Source of the DNA: Eledone cirrhosa
Taxonomy: Eukaryota
Assembly: GCA_964016885.1 (NCBI GenBank)
Contig: OZ024748.1
Span: 55,800,001 to 55,864,000, forward strand
Direction: 5' to 3'
DNA: 64,000 nucleotides
Shown: positions 14,560-29,041 of the stretch, in pieces
Numbering within the stretch: position 1 is the first letter of the stretch
How the letters are laid out: each line of letters begins with the position of its first letter
Program-made: the position numbers and the translations under genes
Notes under the pieces: model-generated
Database searches by the model: none
Seen by the model: the letters and a program-made list of their open reading frames with translations, nothing else
What the model was told of the DNA's origin: nothing

Positions 14560-16800
14560 GGTATTGGCCTTATTCAGAAGAAAATATCTTTGTTATTACC
14601 GCATGATATTTTAACAGAGAAACAATGATTGGGGTGTCTTATATAAGAAATTATCCTTGTTCTTACACACGTAATAGATGTATTGCAGAATGATTTTTCG
14701 CAGTCATGTCTCTTCCCATTGGAAATTGTTCACGCTATGTTATTGAGTAGAAGAGACAGTTTATAATATGTTGGAACAATTATACCGAGTCGTTGTGTAA
14801 TATATGTGTATATCTTCATCTTCTTGTATTAAGATTAGATTTTATTCTAGAATATATTTCTTCAGGGGCTTAATGCAATATAGAAAGATATCTAAAAGAA
14901 AATCATTTAGAAATTCGCAGTTGATTTACAAGATATGTATTATACCAAATGACGTTGAGTAGAAAAAGAAACCTTCTTGGAATCGAATAGGTGCAGTATG
15001 GTTAATACCAACTTGTTGGAATTTCACTTAATTCGTTTGCGTCCATTGGAGAGATAATATGTTTCACATTATCCAATATCTTACAGGGAAGATAAATATG
15101 CCTTTTTATCCATAGATAATTGCCGCTGGTGATGATATTCAAAGAAATCGTTTATTTATTTCACGTTCTTATTGCACGGAATGATATTATTTTCGTGGTT
15201 ATATGAAGGCCAGGAGGCCTGATAGGTTTTGCAGTTTGACTGAATGTTCTGGAACTTTCATCCTATAATTGATAATGTTGTACAAATTACTGGTCGCATT
15301 TGGGAATATACAAAAAATGTCTGGGTATTTTAGTGTTAGGTAGCATGAACATTTTATAGCTTATTCTATAACTTTTAAATATTTTTTGTGTATGTAATCA
15401 CGGCTTTAATTTTATAAACAGGTTTATTTCATAAAGTCAAATTTTTCTGCAATTACATCTTAATTTTGAATCATGGATTTCTTCAAAATTAACGACTGTT
15501 TTCTATGTCCAATTCTATTTTTCCGTCACTGTGTGGTATAAGGCATATAGGGGCGTTCACACTATTGTTTAATACACAAACTGTTATTAAAATAGGTATG
15601 GTGGTGGAAAGGTTTCTAGTGTGAGTATGATAGTTTTACATTTTTTAAAGAAGTAAGGTGGGAGCGGGGAAAATATAAAGACATGAATAACTGAATAAAG
15701 AATGCTCACATATCACTACCCCAATGATAGTGGTGAGAACTGTGAGGCAGAGCGCAATCTGGCGTGCAGAGCAGCAGGTGCTAGGTGATTCATGTTCCCA
15801 GCAGATATAAGAAAGCGTTGCCCCGATGAATGCCGAGGGAAACGCGATGAAATAGTCATTCCAACTCATGTACTTAACACTTGCATGTGGTCAACTCATT
15901 CCTGATATTAGTGAGTGAGGGGATGGCCTGATTATTAAGAATGCTGGATGTTTCCATTGCTAAGGATTTGACAAAATACTCTCCGAGAGTAACCTATACT
16001 TCCACAGATCGCTACTTTCAGCTATTGGTGCAACGTATCCTGGGTTGCGCAGACAGTTTCAATGTAGCTTAGTACCGATTAAGAGAGATGGTACTTCGTT
16101 ACACCAAGCACCTCTATTGGTGTGGGAAGCAGAACAAAAACATACTCGAGGTTATTGGTTAAGTAGTGGCATAAGGCTGTTCGTGCACTTCTCGCAATCT
16201 ATTGTGTTGCCACAGTTATATTTTCAATATTTAAAATATTTCTGTTTCACTACACCCAACAGTTACTTTTACTCTGTTATATATCTGTATGTGTTGCTAA
16301 ATATAAAACAGATTTGTCTTTCTTGTGCATAATTTGGAGCTAATTTTGCAATAGTTTTTCTTATTACATAATATATATTTTCGTAACAATATAGTGGCTA
16401 GTTTATAATATTCTCATTGGGAAAGACCCATCCTACACCTTTTTCATCATTTGTGTAATGATTCGCTTTTAATATTTCTGAGTTGTATTTTAAATGCAAT
16501 CATAATTTTCATATCGTATTTTTCAATTGAGATATTTATAACTGTTACTGCTACTGCTTTGATATATCCGTTCTTCTGCCTGGTAATTTAGAATTCTGTT
16601 TTGATATAATGCGTTTTTAATTTTTCATTATAAACTTTATTGTTATGTCTACTGCACTCTATAGTTTCTGGAATTTAAAGTATTTGTAAATTTGTGTTCA
16701 GTTTAATTGTCATATTTTCGTCATTATGTAACTTGTCACTGCTGCTCTTGTATTTGAATTTCTTCTATATGTTTTCTTCTATTATCTTGAGCATTTTCGC
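14560..16800 (-). mobile_element. Heavily decayed PLE-like RT remnant
   Basis: Broken minus-strand frames loosely resemble the PLE RT end (FQNIQSNCKTY/WPSYNHENNII near 15180-15255) and N-terminal region (ISIEKYD near 16510-16540); many stops. Confidence 0.35.
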
Positions 16801-16833
16801 AGTGAACTTCAAATTGCCCTACTGAATCATAAT

Positions 16834-17005
16834 TGTTTCTACTTTTGGCACAAGGCCAGCAATTATTCCAGTGTATTACTGGTACTTTATTTTATCGACC
16901 CCGTAAGGATGAAAGGCAAAGTGAACCTCGGCGCGATTTGAACTCAGTCCGTAACTGTGGTGAAATGCATGGCGTCCGACACTCTACCGATACTGCCAAT
17001 CCACC
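16834..17005 (-). mobile_element. SINE family 1 with TSD
   Basis: Head-to-tail match; TSD gaatcataat at 16824 and 17006. Confidence 0.9.
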
Positions 17006-19007
17006 GAATCATAATATACTTGGTTAGCATCTCATAGAATATTTAACACTATCAAGTCAGTTTTGAAATGGCATTTAAAGGTTTATAATACATGACAAAA
17101 TGTGTGTAATGGGTGGTGAATTCTCTTTAGCATATCCCTGTGCTAGCAGGAGTCTTTGTCTTTTTTATCATATGCAGATATGTTGATGTGGACCATAGGA
17201 TAATCTTTATGTTAATATAAACTTTTGCGGAATAACTTCTGTATATCTGGGGCTGTGTTGCTGCTATTGAAGGCGGCCAACATTAAGGTTTAGTTGTTGA
17301 AATTTCCGTTGGTAGAAGCTCGTGTGACTTTACAATTCTGGTTTGTTATTCAGAAATGTTTGTTGCTGCTTTTGTCAGAGGTGTCAATAAACTCAGTAAT
17401 TCGTTTGTTGGAATAATTACTGTAAATACTGTTGTTGAATAACTAAGGAACCGAAGCATCTTAATGGATACCCAGCGAGAAACTCTGCATGAGCCCATCA
17501 AAATGAGTGGGTGCTAATCTACCTACTTTCTGTACTGAGCTAATAAGGTTTAATTAATTAACATTACACATGTGGTGAGAGAAAGGACTATGAGTTACAT
17601 AATTAATGTTAGCCAATAATAAGAGAAATTATTTAAACATGAGATGTCGGTGAAACAGGACATTTTACGTTCAAACTTAATAGAAGGTTGGTGCCTATAT
17701 ACATGTGCAGTGTTATTCAATATATGCAGCGGGTATTACGTTTCATTCATTTTATGGATCACAGCTATTCCATTTGTTACCACATTATCTATTGAAATGG
17801 TATCAATGATGTTTTAATGCACGTCGCATCATTCGATTGAAACCTATATTGTATGGTGCTTCAATGACCGCATAGTAACTGAATCATTATCCCACAACAT
17901 GATACATTATATTTTCATGTATGTGGTCACTATATTGAGTGCTTTATTTGAGTCACATACAATCGCATGCCTATATGTTTGAGAACACTGCGGGTTTATC
18001 TGTAGCTCTTGTGATGCCAAACCCCTTAAAACCGATATATTAAAGTGCTTTTATTTATATTAAAAGTGATTATCACAATTTTGTAGCTCAAAAAATAGTT
18101 TAATAAGAAACTTTAAAAGCCCTGATTCTTTACAAAATTATTTCAAAATTAAAGACATCGTCTTTCATTTAAAATATAGTAATCAAATGGTTAGAGAATA
18201 TATGTCTATCGTATCTTAAGTTCAGATCCTCATTTGTTTTATTGGGGCGCCGGGAATGAAGGAATGAATCCTGTTTCTTTGATATTCGATACAAATTCAT
18301 TAGTCCCTATTCGTTATGTAGATGTGATACAAAAGTAATGTGTATTTTATTCAGGCAGTGAAAACTTATCTAATGTTTTATTTGTTCAGTAGGTAAAGCA
18401 ACTGATTGCATAAGATGACATAGCACAAAAAATACATCACCCTCTCTCTCACAAACTTTGCCTTTCTCATTCTGTTTCTTCTCAATCCTTTCACTCTCTC
18501 TCTATATATATATAAAAGATACACATAGACAAACACATACATTCTCTCTATATATACATATAACATGCACACATGCATACACACACACACATATATATAT
18601 ATATTTATATATATTTATATACATACATGCCTCCATGCATTCACATAAATTTATATATGTAATGATAGTTTTTTTTTTGTAATTATATAAAGACACACAT
18701 ACACACATAAGTATACATCATGTATATTTGTGTGTGAATATGTGTGTATATATACAATTGATATGGTTGTAGGTATACAAGCATCTATATAGGCATATTT
18801 ATGCATTAGTAATCAATTTATGTCGGAATAAACAAATGCCTTGATAGAAACGAACGAAATACACATGTGTTACTAAATTGAAAGTCCTCATTACAAGTAC
18901 GACAATTGTTTTGGAGTTATATAAATAAGTTTTAATAAACATGTACACTTATGCATACTTACTCACAGAAGCACCGTTCACTCGCATACAAAAACGCACA
19001 CCTCGCC

Positions 19008-19055
<48 letters not shown>

Positions 19056-19336
19056 GTGAATTTATAGAATAGTTTATGTTACCATATTAAGAATGAATGC
19101 TTCTGGGTATAAAGTCAATGGAAAATGTCTTTATCCTTAATGATTCTATACATAATAGATGTGTACAAACATAATTACACACACACATAGACCGATATAC
19201 TGACAATTTCAAACGTGGACGCACATATATATGAGATTACATACATATACAAATACACTTTCATATTCATACACACAAATGCATGCACATATGCAAAACG
19301 CCACACATTACATAACACATACGCACACACACATGC

Positions 19337-19370
<34 letters not shown>

Positions 19371-19475
19371 ATGCGTGTAAATGAATATATATAGAATATA
19401 TATATATATATATACAATATATATATATATATATATGTATATGTATATATATATATAGGTATATATTTACACACA

Positions 19476-19541
<66 letters not shown>

Positions 19542-20084
19542 GAATTTGTAGGAGATGCCGTATCATATTGTGATTGGGTTTTAGTGACACACAAATACAC
19601 AAAGTGCTCATTCTTCTCTAATTAAGCAATACATGTATTGTTCTATTGGAGTCTTCGAAAGTATTGCCTAAATAAGTTTCCTTAATTAACTGCACTCAAT
19701 GGATACTTACATTAACATTCACTACCGTCATTACTACCATTACAACTGCCTTTACGATACTAGAAATGTTTTACATTAATTTCAAACATATTTATTTCAT
19801 ATTCACATTATCTTCTTTTCAAAAGTTTTTCTGTTATATTTTGAATATTTATTTTGTTTTTATATGTTATTTGTTTGAAGTTTCATTTAAATGATTTTTC
19901 TTCTCGTCGAACTCGTTACTTATGTTGTATTTATTGAAAAGAAAGAAACATAATTAAAGAATTCTTTTTTTTTTCTTTTGCCTTTATTGAATTGTAAATA
20001 TACATGATTAAAATACGAGGAGAAACAACACAAATATATTGTAACAAAGATAAAAGAAATGTAAAATACACACACAGGCACACG

Positions 20085-20180
<96 letters not shown>

Positions 20181-20220
20181 GAGAGAGATAGATATATACA
20201 GATATATCTCTATATATATA

Positions 20221-20298
<78 letters not shown>

Positions 20299-20302
<4 letters not shown>

Positions 20303-20568
20303 AACGAGTAGGACCCCGACGGCTGAGCTCAAGCCGTTTCGACGGCTAATTCTTCCCTGTATATATTCCATTAAAGAAATATATTTCACCAATTAATCAG
20401 ATGGTAAACCACAGAAATGGAGACTTGGATTTTCAAGTCCAGAATTAGCCGTCGAAACGGCTTGAGTTCAGCCGTCGGGGTCCGACTCGTTCCTATTACC
20501 CACTCTACTACCCTAAGTACGTTGGTGCATTATGGTCCACTTGGTTCCTTACCACATTTCCTTCGTTA
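20299..20568 (+). mobile_element. Fold-back mini-element family A
   Basis: taggaacgagtaggaccccgacggctgagctcaagccgtttcgacggctaattct is inverted at ~20440-20495, followed by a tail ending cttcgtta; inside (TA)n. Confidence 0.85.
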
Positions 20569-20586
20569 TATATATAGATGTATATA

Positions 20587-20683
<97 letters not shown>

Positions 20684-20756
20684 GTATATGTATATATGTA
20701 TATGTATATATGTATATATATATATGTATATATATAAATATATATATATATATATG

Positions 20757-20805
<49 letters not shown>

Positions 20806-20816
20806 GTATATATATG

Positions 20817-20847
<31 letters not shown>

Positions 20848-21223
20848 GTATATATATGTATATATATATGTATATATATGTATATGTATATATATGTATA
20901 TGTATATATATGTATATATATATATGTATATATATGTGTATATATATATGTGTATATATATATATATGTATATATATAAATATATATATGTATATATATA
21001 TATACATGTATATATACATGTATATATATATGTATATATATAAATATATATATATATGTATATATATATACATGTATATATATATATGTATATATATAAA
21101 TATATATATATATGTATATATATATATATGTATATATATAAATAAATATATATGTATATATATATATATGTATATATATAAATATATATATTTATATGTA
21201 TATATATATATGTATAAATATTA

Positions 21224-21261
<38 letters not shown>

Positions 21262-21273
21262 GTATAAATATAA

Positions 21274-21307
<34 letters not shown>

Positions 21308-21313
21308 GTATAC

Positions 21314-21371
<58 letters not shown>

Positions 21372-21383
21372 GTATAAATATAA

Positions 21384-21438
<55 letters not shown>

Positions 21439-21456
21439 TATTTATATATATATGTA

Positions 21457-21491
<35 letters not shown>

Positions 21492-21509
21492 GTATATATA
21501 TATGTATAA

Positions 21510-21565
<56 letters not shown>

Positions 21566-21577
21566 GTATAAATATAA

Positions 21578-21613
<36 letters not shown>

Positions 21614-21619
21614 GTATAA

Positions 21620-21671
<52 letters not shown>

Positions 21672-21683
21672 GTATAAATATAA

Positions 21684-21719
<36 letters not shown>

Positions 21720-21731
21720 GTATAAATATAA

Positions 21732-21763
<32 letters not shown>

Positions 21764-21769
21764 GTATAA

Positions 21770-21831
<62 letters not shown>

Positions 21832-21872
21832 AAATATAAATATATGTATATATATATATATATGTATAAATA

Positions 21873-21905
<33 letters not shown>
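20568..21905. repeat. ~1.3-kb compound (TA)n array
   Basis: TA with regularly spaced TG and AA interruptions. Confidence 0.97.
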
Positions 21906-21908
<3 letters not shown>

Positions 21909-22460
21909 AAATTAAGATAAATCAAATGAATTTAATCTAAATCAAAATTATGGGTATCATGCCAGAAAGACATGCGCCATATCACCCACAAAATAAGCTC
22001 TAAGATTCTAACGAGTAGGTCCGAGCATTTTATAATAACTAGAGATCGATTAACATATAAATAAACATGAATAATCACAGGAGATAATTTTTACAAGTGT
22101 GTAACCACACATAGATAGGTAGGTAACTAAATAAAGTTGACCAGAACTTCAACAATAGATACCTTATAATATGATTAATCTTCCCTGTATATATTCCATT
22201 AAAGAAATATATTTCACCAATTAATCAGATGGTAAACCACAGAAGTGGAGACTTTGATTTTCAATAAGGAAGAAAATTATCTCCTGTGTAAAAATTATCT
22301 CCTGTGATTATTCATGTTTATTTATATGTTAATCAATCTCTAGTTATTATAAAATGCTCGGACTTACTCGTTGCGGGTGATATGGCGCATGTCTTTCTGG
22401 CATGACACCCATAATTTTGATTTAGATTAAATTCATTTGATTTATCTTAATTTTGGATAT
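21905..22460. mobile_element. Fold-back element with ~190-bp inverted arms
   Basis: 21905-22095 is inverted at 22287-22457; loop segment 22179-22265 is shared with 20350-20436. Confidence 0.8.
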
Positions 22461-23093
22461 AGATATATAAATACGGCTCCTCCTTAATTGTAGAGCTAAC
22501 TCTGTTGAAAGGACTCGACTGCTGTTTCTAGTTGTGGATAACCCTATTCACAACACTGGGACGAAGCTAGTATGATGTGTGTATTTCTAGTAAATACAAC
22601 ACGTGGTGCTGGCCAGTCAATGGTTTGAACTTGAAGTGTAAACACGGATTGCTGGACCTTCTTCCTTGTTGAAAATCCAAGTCATTCAAATATACACACA
22701 TACAGACGGGATAGATAGCAATATAGATAGATAGATAGATAGATAGATGTGTGGGTGTGTTTGTGTATTTACTTATGGCGGTTTAGACGGTGCAAATAAT
22801 TGTGAATTAAAAATTCACCAGATGATATCATAAATATAAATTACTTGTCTCAAATAGATTGATACAACTTTTGGATAAAGAAAATAGATGGGATTAGCTT
22901 TCTATCTCTTTTCCGGGTTGAGTCGCTATCTTGTGATGTTTATCCAGAAGGACGCGAAGATCCCTCTCAAAGTTACTTTCGCCCGATATGCAATATGCTT
23001 AGGTTGGGATATAAAAAAACTTACATGATTATTTCTGATTATAATTTTTGAATCCACATTTTCATCGATCAGAGTCCTTTAACAATACTATGC

Positions 23094-23127
<34 letters not shown>

Positions 23128-23128
23128 G

Positions 23129-23247
<119 letters not shown>

Positions 23248-23356
23248 ACAAGTATGACCCCGACGGCAGAGCTCAAGCCGTTTCGACGGCTATTTCTGGT
23301 CAATTTTCAACGGAACTGCAATATTTATATATATATATATAAATATTGAAATTCCG

Positions 23357-23670
23357 TGAGGTAATTATATTGTATTGTTTATTGTACATTAAATATTTAG
23401 CTCTGTAACTTACATAGAGCACTCTTCATTCCTCTGACTTTTTCAATTTTCAATGGAAACTTCAATACACACACCCACACACATATATATATATAGTCAG
23501 AGGAATGAAGAGTGCTCTATGTAAGTTACAGAGCTAAATATTTAATGTATAATATACAATATAATTACCTCATTTTAAATTGCCTTGTCTGACGAACTAA
23601 TGCCGACGTTTCTTGTATTCTTCTTATTCGGGAAACATTTAGTAATGAGGTAATTATATCGTATTGTTTA
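23357..23670. mobile_element. Family E pieces in direct and inverted orientation, with decayed HHR at 23586-23647
   Basis: 23357-23438 is inverted at ~23495-23572; tgt CTGACGA...GAAAC attta GTA atg. Confidence 0.65.
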
Positions 23671-23931
23671 TTATTCATATATATATATATAAGCAAAGTA
23701 TCGTCTTCCTGTCTTCCTCCGGCTGCAACGTTTTTTTTGAAATATTCACCTGCGTTCACAGATTGACTTTCTTAGTTTCAGAAGATCCCGTTAAGTGTGA
23801 AAGAAGCGATTCTTTGCTTAAACTTTAATCTGTTATTTTAAATATTTTACTCTACGGTTCTTATATATTTGATATATATATTTATCCTTATCGAGCTCTC
23901 TTTGGATTTTAGTCTTCAAATGTATTATTAT

Positions 23932-23968
<37 letters not shown>

Positions 23969-25480
23969 CACGTTTGTGTATCACCAAAATCCGCTAGACT
24001 TAAACTTCCATTTAGACCGGAAAATCACACCAATATAGAACATGATATTTGCAATAGGACATTTTCAAAGAACATTTCTGAGAATCCTCCAAAGACAACC
24101 ATAGAGCGAGACAACGTACATGACATTTGTGGTTGTTGAGAAATTGTCAACCGAAATATCTTTCGATAAGAACTACCTCTTGATATCCTATTGGTTTTGG
24201 ACACTACACACCGAACAGCAGAGAGATGACGCACTATAAGCAAATGAACATCTCCAGCACATGATATTTACGTAAGGATTATATAAGCTATAGGATTTTT
24301 CGTCGCAATACCCAGTGATTCGGCGCCACTAAATCCTTAACCTCTAGCGTCGGGTGTTCTCACTCATCTACCGAGACAGCTGTGATATGTTACCAGATAA
24401 ACATATTACTAGCGCGACTCTGTATGTTTATTGTACGTGTATATATATACTCGTATATATATATGTATGAATGTATATATATATATATGACATATACAAC
24501 CTTTCTCTCTATGTCTCTATTTATCTTTCTCTCTCTCACGCTCTCTCTTCTCAATATATATATATATATATATGTATACATATATACATATATTATGTAA
24601 TTTGATTTCATTAACAAGATTCAACTGAAGCAAAACAGGTTATAACCTGAAATTTCAGCCCAGCTGTGTCACATTGTTTATCTTTCCTGAATACATTAGC
24701 TTTGGTTAGAATCATTACGACCATTTTATTGATTATATTGTAATAAATATGTTTTATAATTAAGCGACCTCTTTAGAGGCACGTTTTCACTGACTATTAA
24801 TTCAACCGGTTTCTATGATTAGACTAGAATATTGCTTGCTATTAGTTGTTTAAACAATGAATGAGCATGCTCGTGAAACTCTCGTGCAAATGCCAGCAAT
24901 CTAAACACATGTGTACAATTACTATGATTCAGAGTGATTCAGTGTAAAAAGATATGTGACAAGTCTAACCCTTCGAATTCAGGTAAAACACCTTCTTTCA
25001 AGATGGTTGGAATGGAGCATTTACATTCACACACGTACTTAACACCAGATTTTATCTGAGAATTCTATCGTCCTTGTGTTAGATAACGAGTGGCAATTTA
25101 CCATGGTTCTTTTCCTTACATCTATACATCGAGCTACAGAATCTCTTTAATATCTTTCTAGCAACCAAAAAAACGTTTTAGATACAAACCCTGCCATATC
25201 TTTGCAGTCCACATAATACATTTTGCAACCATAACTACGAAATACCTACTATTTTGCACAATATTAAATAAAAGGCAACCCATCTTATCTATGTCATAAT
25301 CAAACATCCCCATTTTCTCTCCCTCCCCTATCATAAGAGGTCTCTAGTAAAACTGCAATCCTCATATCCATAAAAAAATTGCGAATTGACTATCTGATGA
25401 GAGGAATAACTTCAGAGGAACACGTGTATTCAGAATAAGTAAATGTGAAGAATTTAACCAAGTTTTGTGCGTGTGTATAT

Positions 25481-25515
<35 letters not shown>

Positions 25516-25824
25516 TGTGTGTGTTTTGGGGCTGTGGGAATTAATAAGAGTAAGCAGAATTGAAATATAGTGCATTGCTCGACGCTAAAAATTTATGAAA
25601 TAATCCCTCGTATCATTGATATACAAATGAATATATATCTACCAATAATTCTATCATAAATATGAATACATTAAATATGTAATAACAATATGGTTTTGAA
25701 TTATATTGGCCTGTATCTAGACAAATTCACTACACCCGCATTTATTTTAGAGTATATATATATTTATTTCGTTTCTGAATTTGTTTAGCAAGATTCTTCA
25801 TCTGAACACGTGTGTTGAAACCGA

Positions 25825-26032
25825 TATTGTTATGCTTTGGGAAGGCCAATAAGAAACACGCGCACCAGTTACTTTCACTCCAATTTATTATAAATTAAAT
25901 TTATAATAAATTGGAGTGAAACTTATGGTACGTGTGTTTCTTATTGGCAACATGACCCTCCCAAAGCCTAACAATATACATATATATATATATATTGTTA
26001 TGCTTTGGGAGGGTTATGTTGCCAATAAGAAT
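25825..26032. repeat. Fold-back element with an almost loopless palindrome plus a partial third copy
   Basis: tttcactccaatttattataaatt-aaatttataataaattggagtgaaa centre; tattgttatgctttggga recurs at ~25993. Confidence 0.75.
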
Positions 26033-26044
26033 TAAGATACGAAA

Positions 26045-26108
<64 letters not shown>

Positions 26109-26169
26109 CGTATAAACATATATATATATATATGCAAGTGTGTTTGTGTCAGTGTGCATGGGAAGACGA

Positions 26170-26400
26170 GTAACTCAGTTGTCACACTACAGGGACTGGT
26201 TGACGTGATTTTGTGTAGAAAAACACAGATTGTTTTCACATTGCTCCAGTTGCTCATGTAATTCAGAGGACCAGTCCTATCAGCCATTATTTGGTGCTAT
26301 ATTTTCATCGATTATGTGTTAAGTGTGTATATAGTTATGGAATACTCAGCCGTTTACACGTTAATTTCAAAGCTGTTCGTGGATTCTGAACATTTCCAAT
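26170..26400 (+). mobile_element. Decayed SINE related to families 2/3
   Basis: tttcacattgctccagt central motif. Confidence 0.35.
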
Positions 26401-27077
26401 AACGACAACAACGTACAACGTTCACTTACACTCACGCAAAGAAATACATATAATCACACACACACACACACACATACATGCATTCATATATATATATATA
26501 TCATATTCTATCTAAGATAAAGTTTTGTATTAACATTTTGACTCAGAACAGAACTGCTACTAGTTTCGTAAGCTTGGTATTTGCGTCATTGAATCTTCTA
26601 GCAATATATATTTCATTGGAAACTCATAAAGATTTGCTACACTACATTCATCCGTAACGGCAATGAAACGTTCTAGATTAAGAACTGAGATTAGATTATG
26701 TGAATAATATAAACAGCGAAATAAAGATGCAAATGATAAAAATCAGAGTCGGATAGAAGCGGTAATATTGCAACACAGAGTTATAGATTATAGCTTAAAG
26801 TAAGATTCTACTTCATATATATTTGATTATTTAGCAATTTCAGTAAAGAAAATTGAGTTGTGAGGTTTACAGATGCATAGTGAAAATTTTGTCAGATGAA
26901 GAATTTCAATGGTTGCTTCTAATTTTTCAGAATACATTTTTGATTAAACTAACTAATCCAGAAATCAGATTTATATGGTTATAAATGTATAGAGAATTAT
27001 TCTATTGAATCGTTCCATTTTTGCTCGAGCGGTTTTTAACCACTTAATATAGAAATAAGGTTTGGTGCGAAGATTTC

Positions 27078-27142
<65 letters not shown>

Positions 27143-27257
27143 TTTACATGTATGCTTATCCATACAAATATATATATATATATATATATAATTTAGAATT
27201 AGCTGTTGAAACGGTAGGAGTTCAGGCGTCGGACATTGACACGATTCTCTTTCTCTC

Positions 27258-27329
<72 letters not shown>

Positions 27330-27344
27330 CCTCTCTCTCTCTCT

Positions 27345-27387
<43 letters not shown>

Positions 27388-27464
27388 GAAGTCATTTGGT
27401 TTATTAGGTTCCTGATCGTAAGTTCACCTGTTCGACTCTCAGTCGCGCTTGCGTTATTGAGCAA

Positions 27465-27646
27465 CAGTATTCAACATTCGGACGCCAGGCTTTAACGCAT
27501 AGAGTTACGGTCCTTGCCATTCTGAGTTCAAATACCGCCGACGTTAACTTTACCTTTCATCCTTACGGGGTCGATAAAATAAAGTACCAGTAATGCACTG
27601 GTTAATTGCTTGTACATCCTTGTACCAAAAGTTGAAGCGATTATTT
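27465..27646 (+). mobile_element. SINE family 1
   Basis: gagttcaaataccgcc, core and tail present. Confidence 0.85.
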
Positions 27647-27796
27647 TAGCCCACACAACTAACAACATTGAGACCTATATTCTGTTACGCGCTGAATCGT
27701 CCTCTGGATTTGAGAACGGACTTCAGATAGTCAAACAAGTGGAGGGCTCGTCCCTGAAAACGCTGGATTTTTTTACTGTCTCTGACTTGAAACCGA

Positions 27797-28090
27797 TATT
27801 TTTAGATTTAGCGATAGTCATTTTGCTAGTTGAACACGTGCTGCATACAACTTTCACATTATCTTTATTCTTTCGTACACCAATCTGTGACTACCTCAAT
27901 GACAATCGATTTGGTGATAACGACAGAATGAAATAGAAATGTAAAACTAGAAAAAAGAGTCACGAAACATCCATACTCATTGAGGAGGCCACAGATTGGT
28001 GTGACTAAAGAGCTTTGATGGAAAAATAAGGATTAAGTGAAAGTTATATGGTTCGTATCTTCAATTAGCAAGATGACCATCCTCAAATAT

Positions 28091-28098
<8 letters not shown>
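27797..28098. repeat. Old diverged fold-back element
   Basis: acaccaatctgtg/cacagattggtgt, aactttcac/gtgaaagtt and ttgctagttgaa/ttcaattagcaa pair colinearly. Confidence 0.55.
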
Positions 28099-28167
<69 letters not shown>

Positions 28168-28377
28168 ATTTTTGCGTTGCATGGCGTGGCTGGCCTTTCG
28201 CTCTGGAATTGATAGTGAAAAGGTCCAGCACGCCAGGGTACTACAGCGTGGGCCACGTCATCATCCTGCTACTGTGTGTCCCTGGGCTAAAACACAACGT
28301 CCTTGCTGCGCATGCTTTAGTGCAATGCGATATCTTTACTCTAATTCGAGTTGCTGCCCCATCATATATATATATCC

Positions 28378-28776
28378 GTAACTATGGACCTCAACCACCA
28401 GGTTGTCAACTTCCTGGACGTGACCCTGGAGTTGATTACGGGCCTATACAAGCCATACCATAAGCCTGGAGTGTGCCTTTCTTATATTAATTATGCCTCC
28501 AACCACCCTAAGCAGACTCTCAACTCCATAGTCTATAGCATCTCTCATCGAATCTCGAGGCTCTCCGCCAATGAGGATATCTTCAACCAAGCGGCAGATT
28601 ACTACAATAAGGCCTTGATAGGCGCCGGCTTTGACCGAGGAATTTCCTACATCCCTAACGCTAGCTCTAGAAACCACCCCCCTCATAAAATGAACGCTAT
28701 AGTAAGCCATATCGATCACGCTGCGACATCGTACGAGTCGGATATAATCGCGCTAAGGAACACGGCCGCAACCTAA
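28378..28776 (+). pseudogene. PLE-1 reverse transcriptase C-terminal/thumb fragment
   Basis: ORF 28351-28776 contains VNFLDVTL, YINYASNHP, RISRLSANEDIF, YNKALIGAGF; no upstream RT core. Confidence 0.85.
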
Positions 28777-29041
28777 TTACAATGGCGATGGTATAGGTAA
28801 CTTACCACATAAGAAAGATCACCACCCCGGTGACAGTGACCACTGTAGCCTACTCGAATTATTTCCCTACTATAAAATCAGCAAAGGCGACGGCCTACTA
28901 CCAACGCCTTCCAACCAACATCTTACTGTACATAAACATGGAAGAAGGAAGAAGAGTGCACCCGAGCATAAAGGGAAAGAGGCACGCAACAGGCTACAGC
29001 GCATTAACGTACATAAGAACGGTCACCTAGATGGAACCACC

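Noticed and set aside
15645-15869. MSWNDYFIA resembling the dCMP deaminase N-terminus
   Set aside because: Similarity does not extend and there are no deaminase motifs
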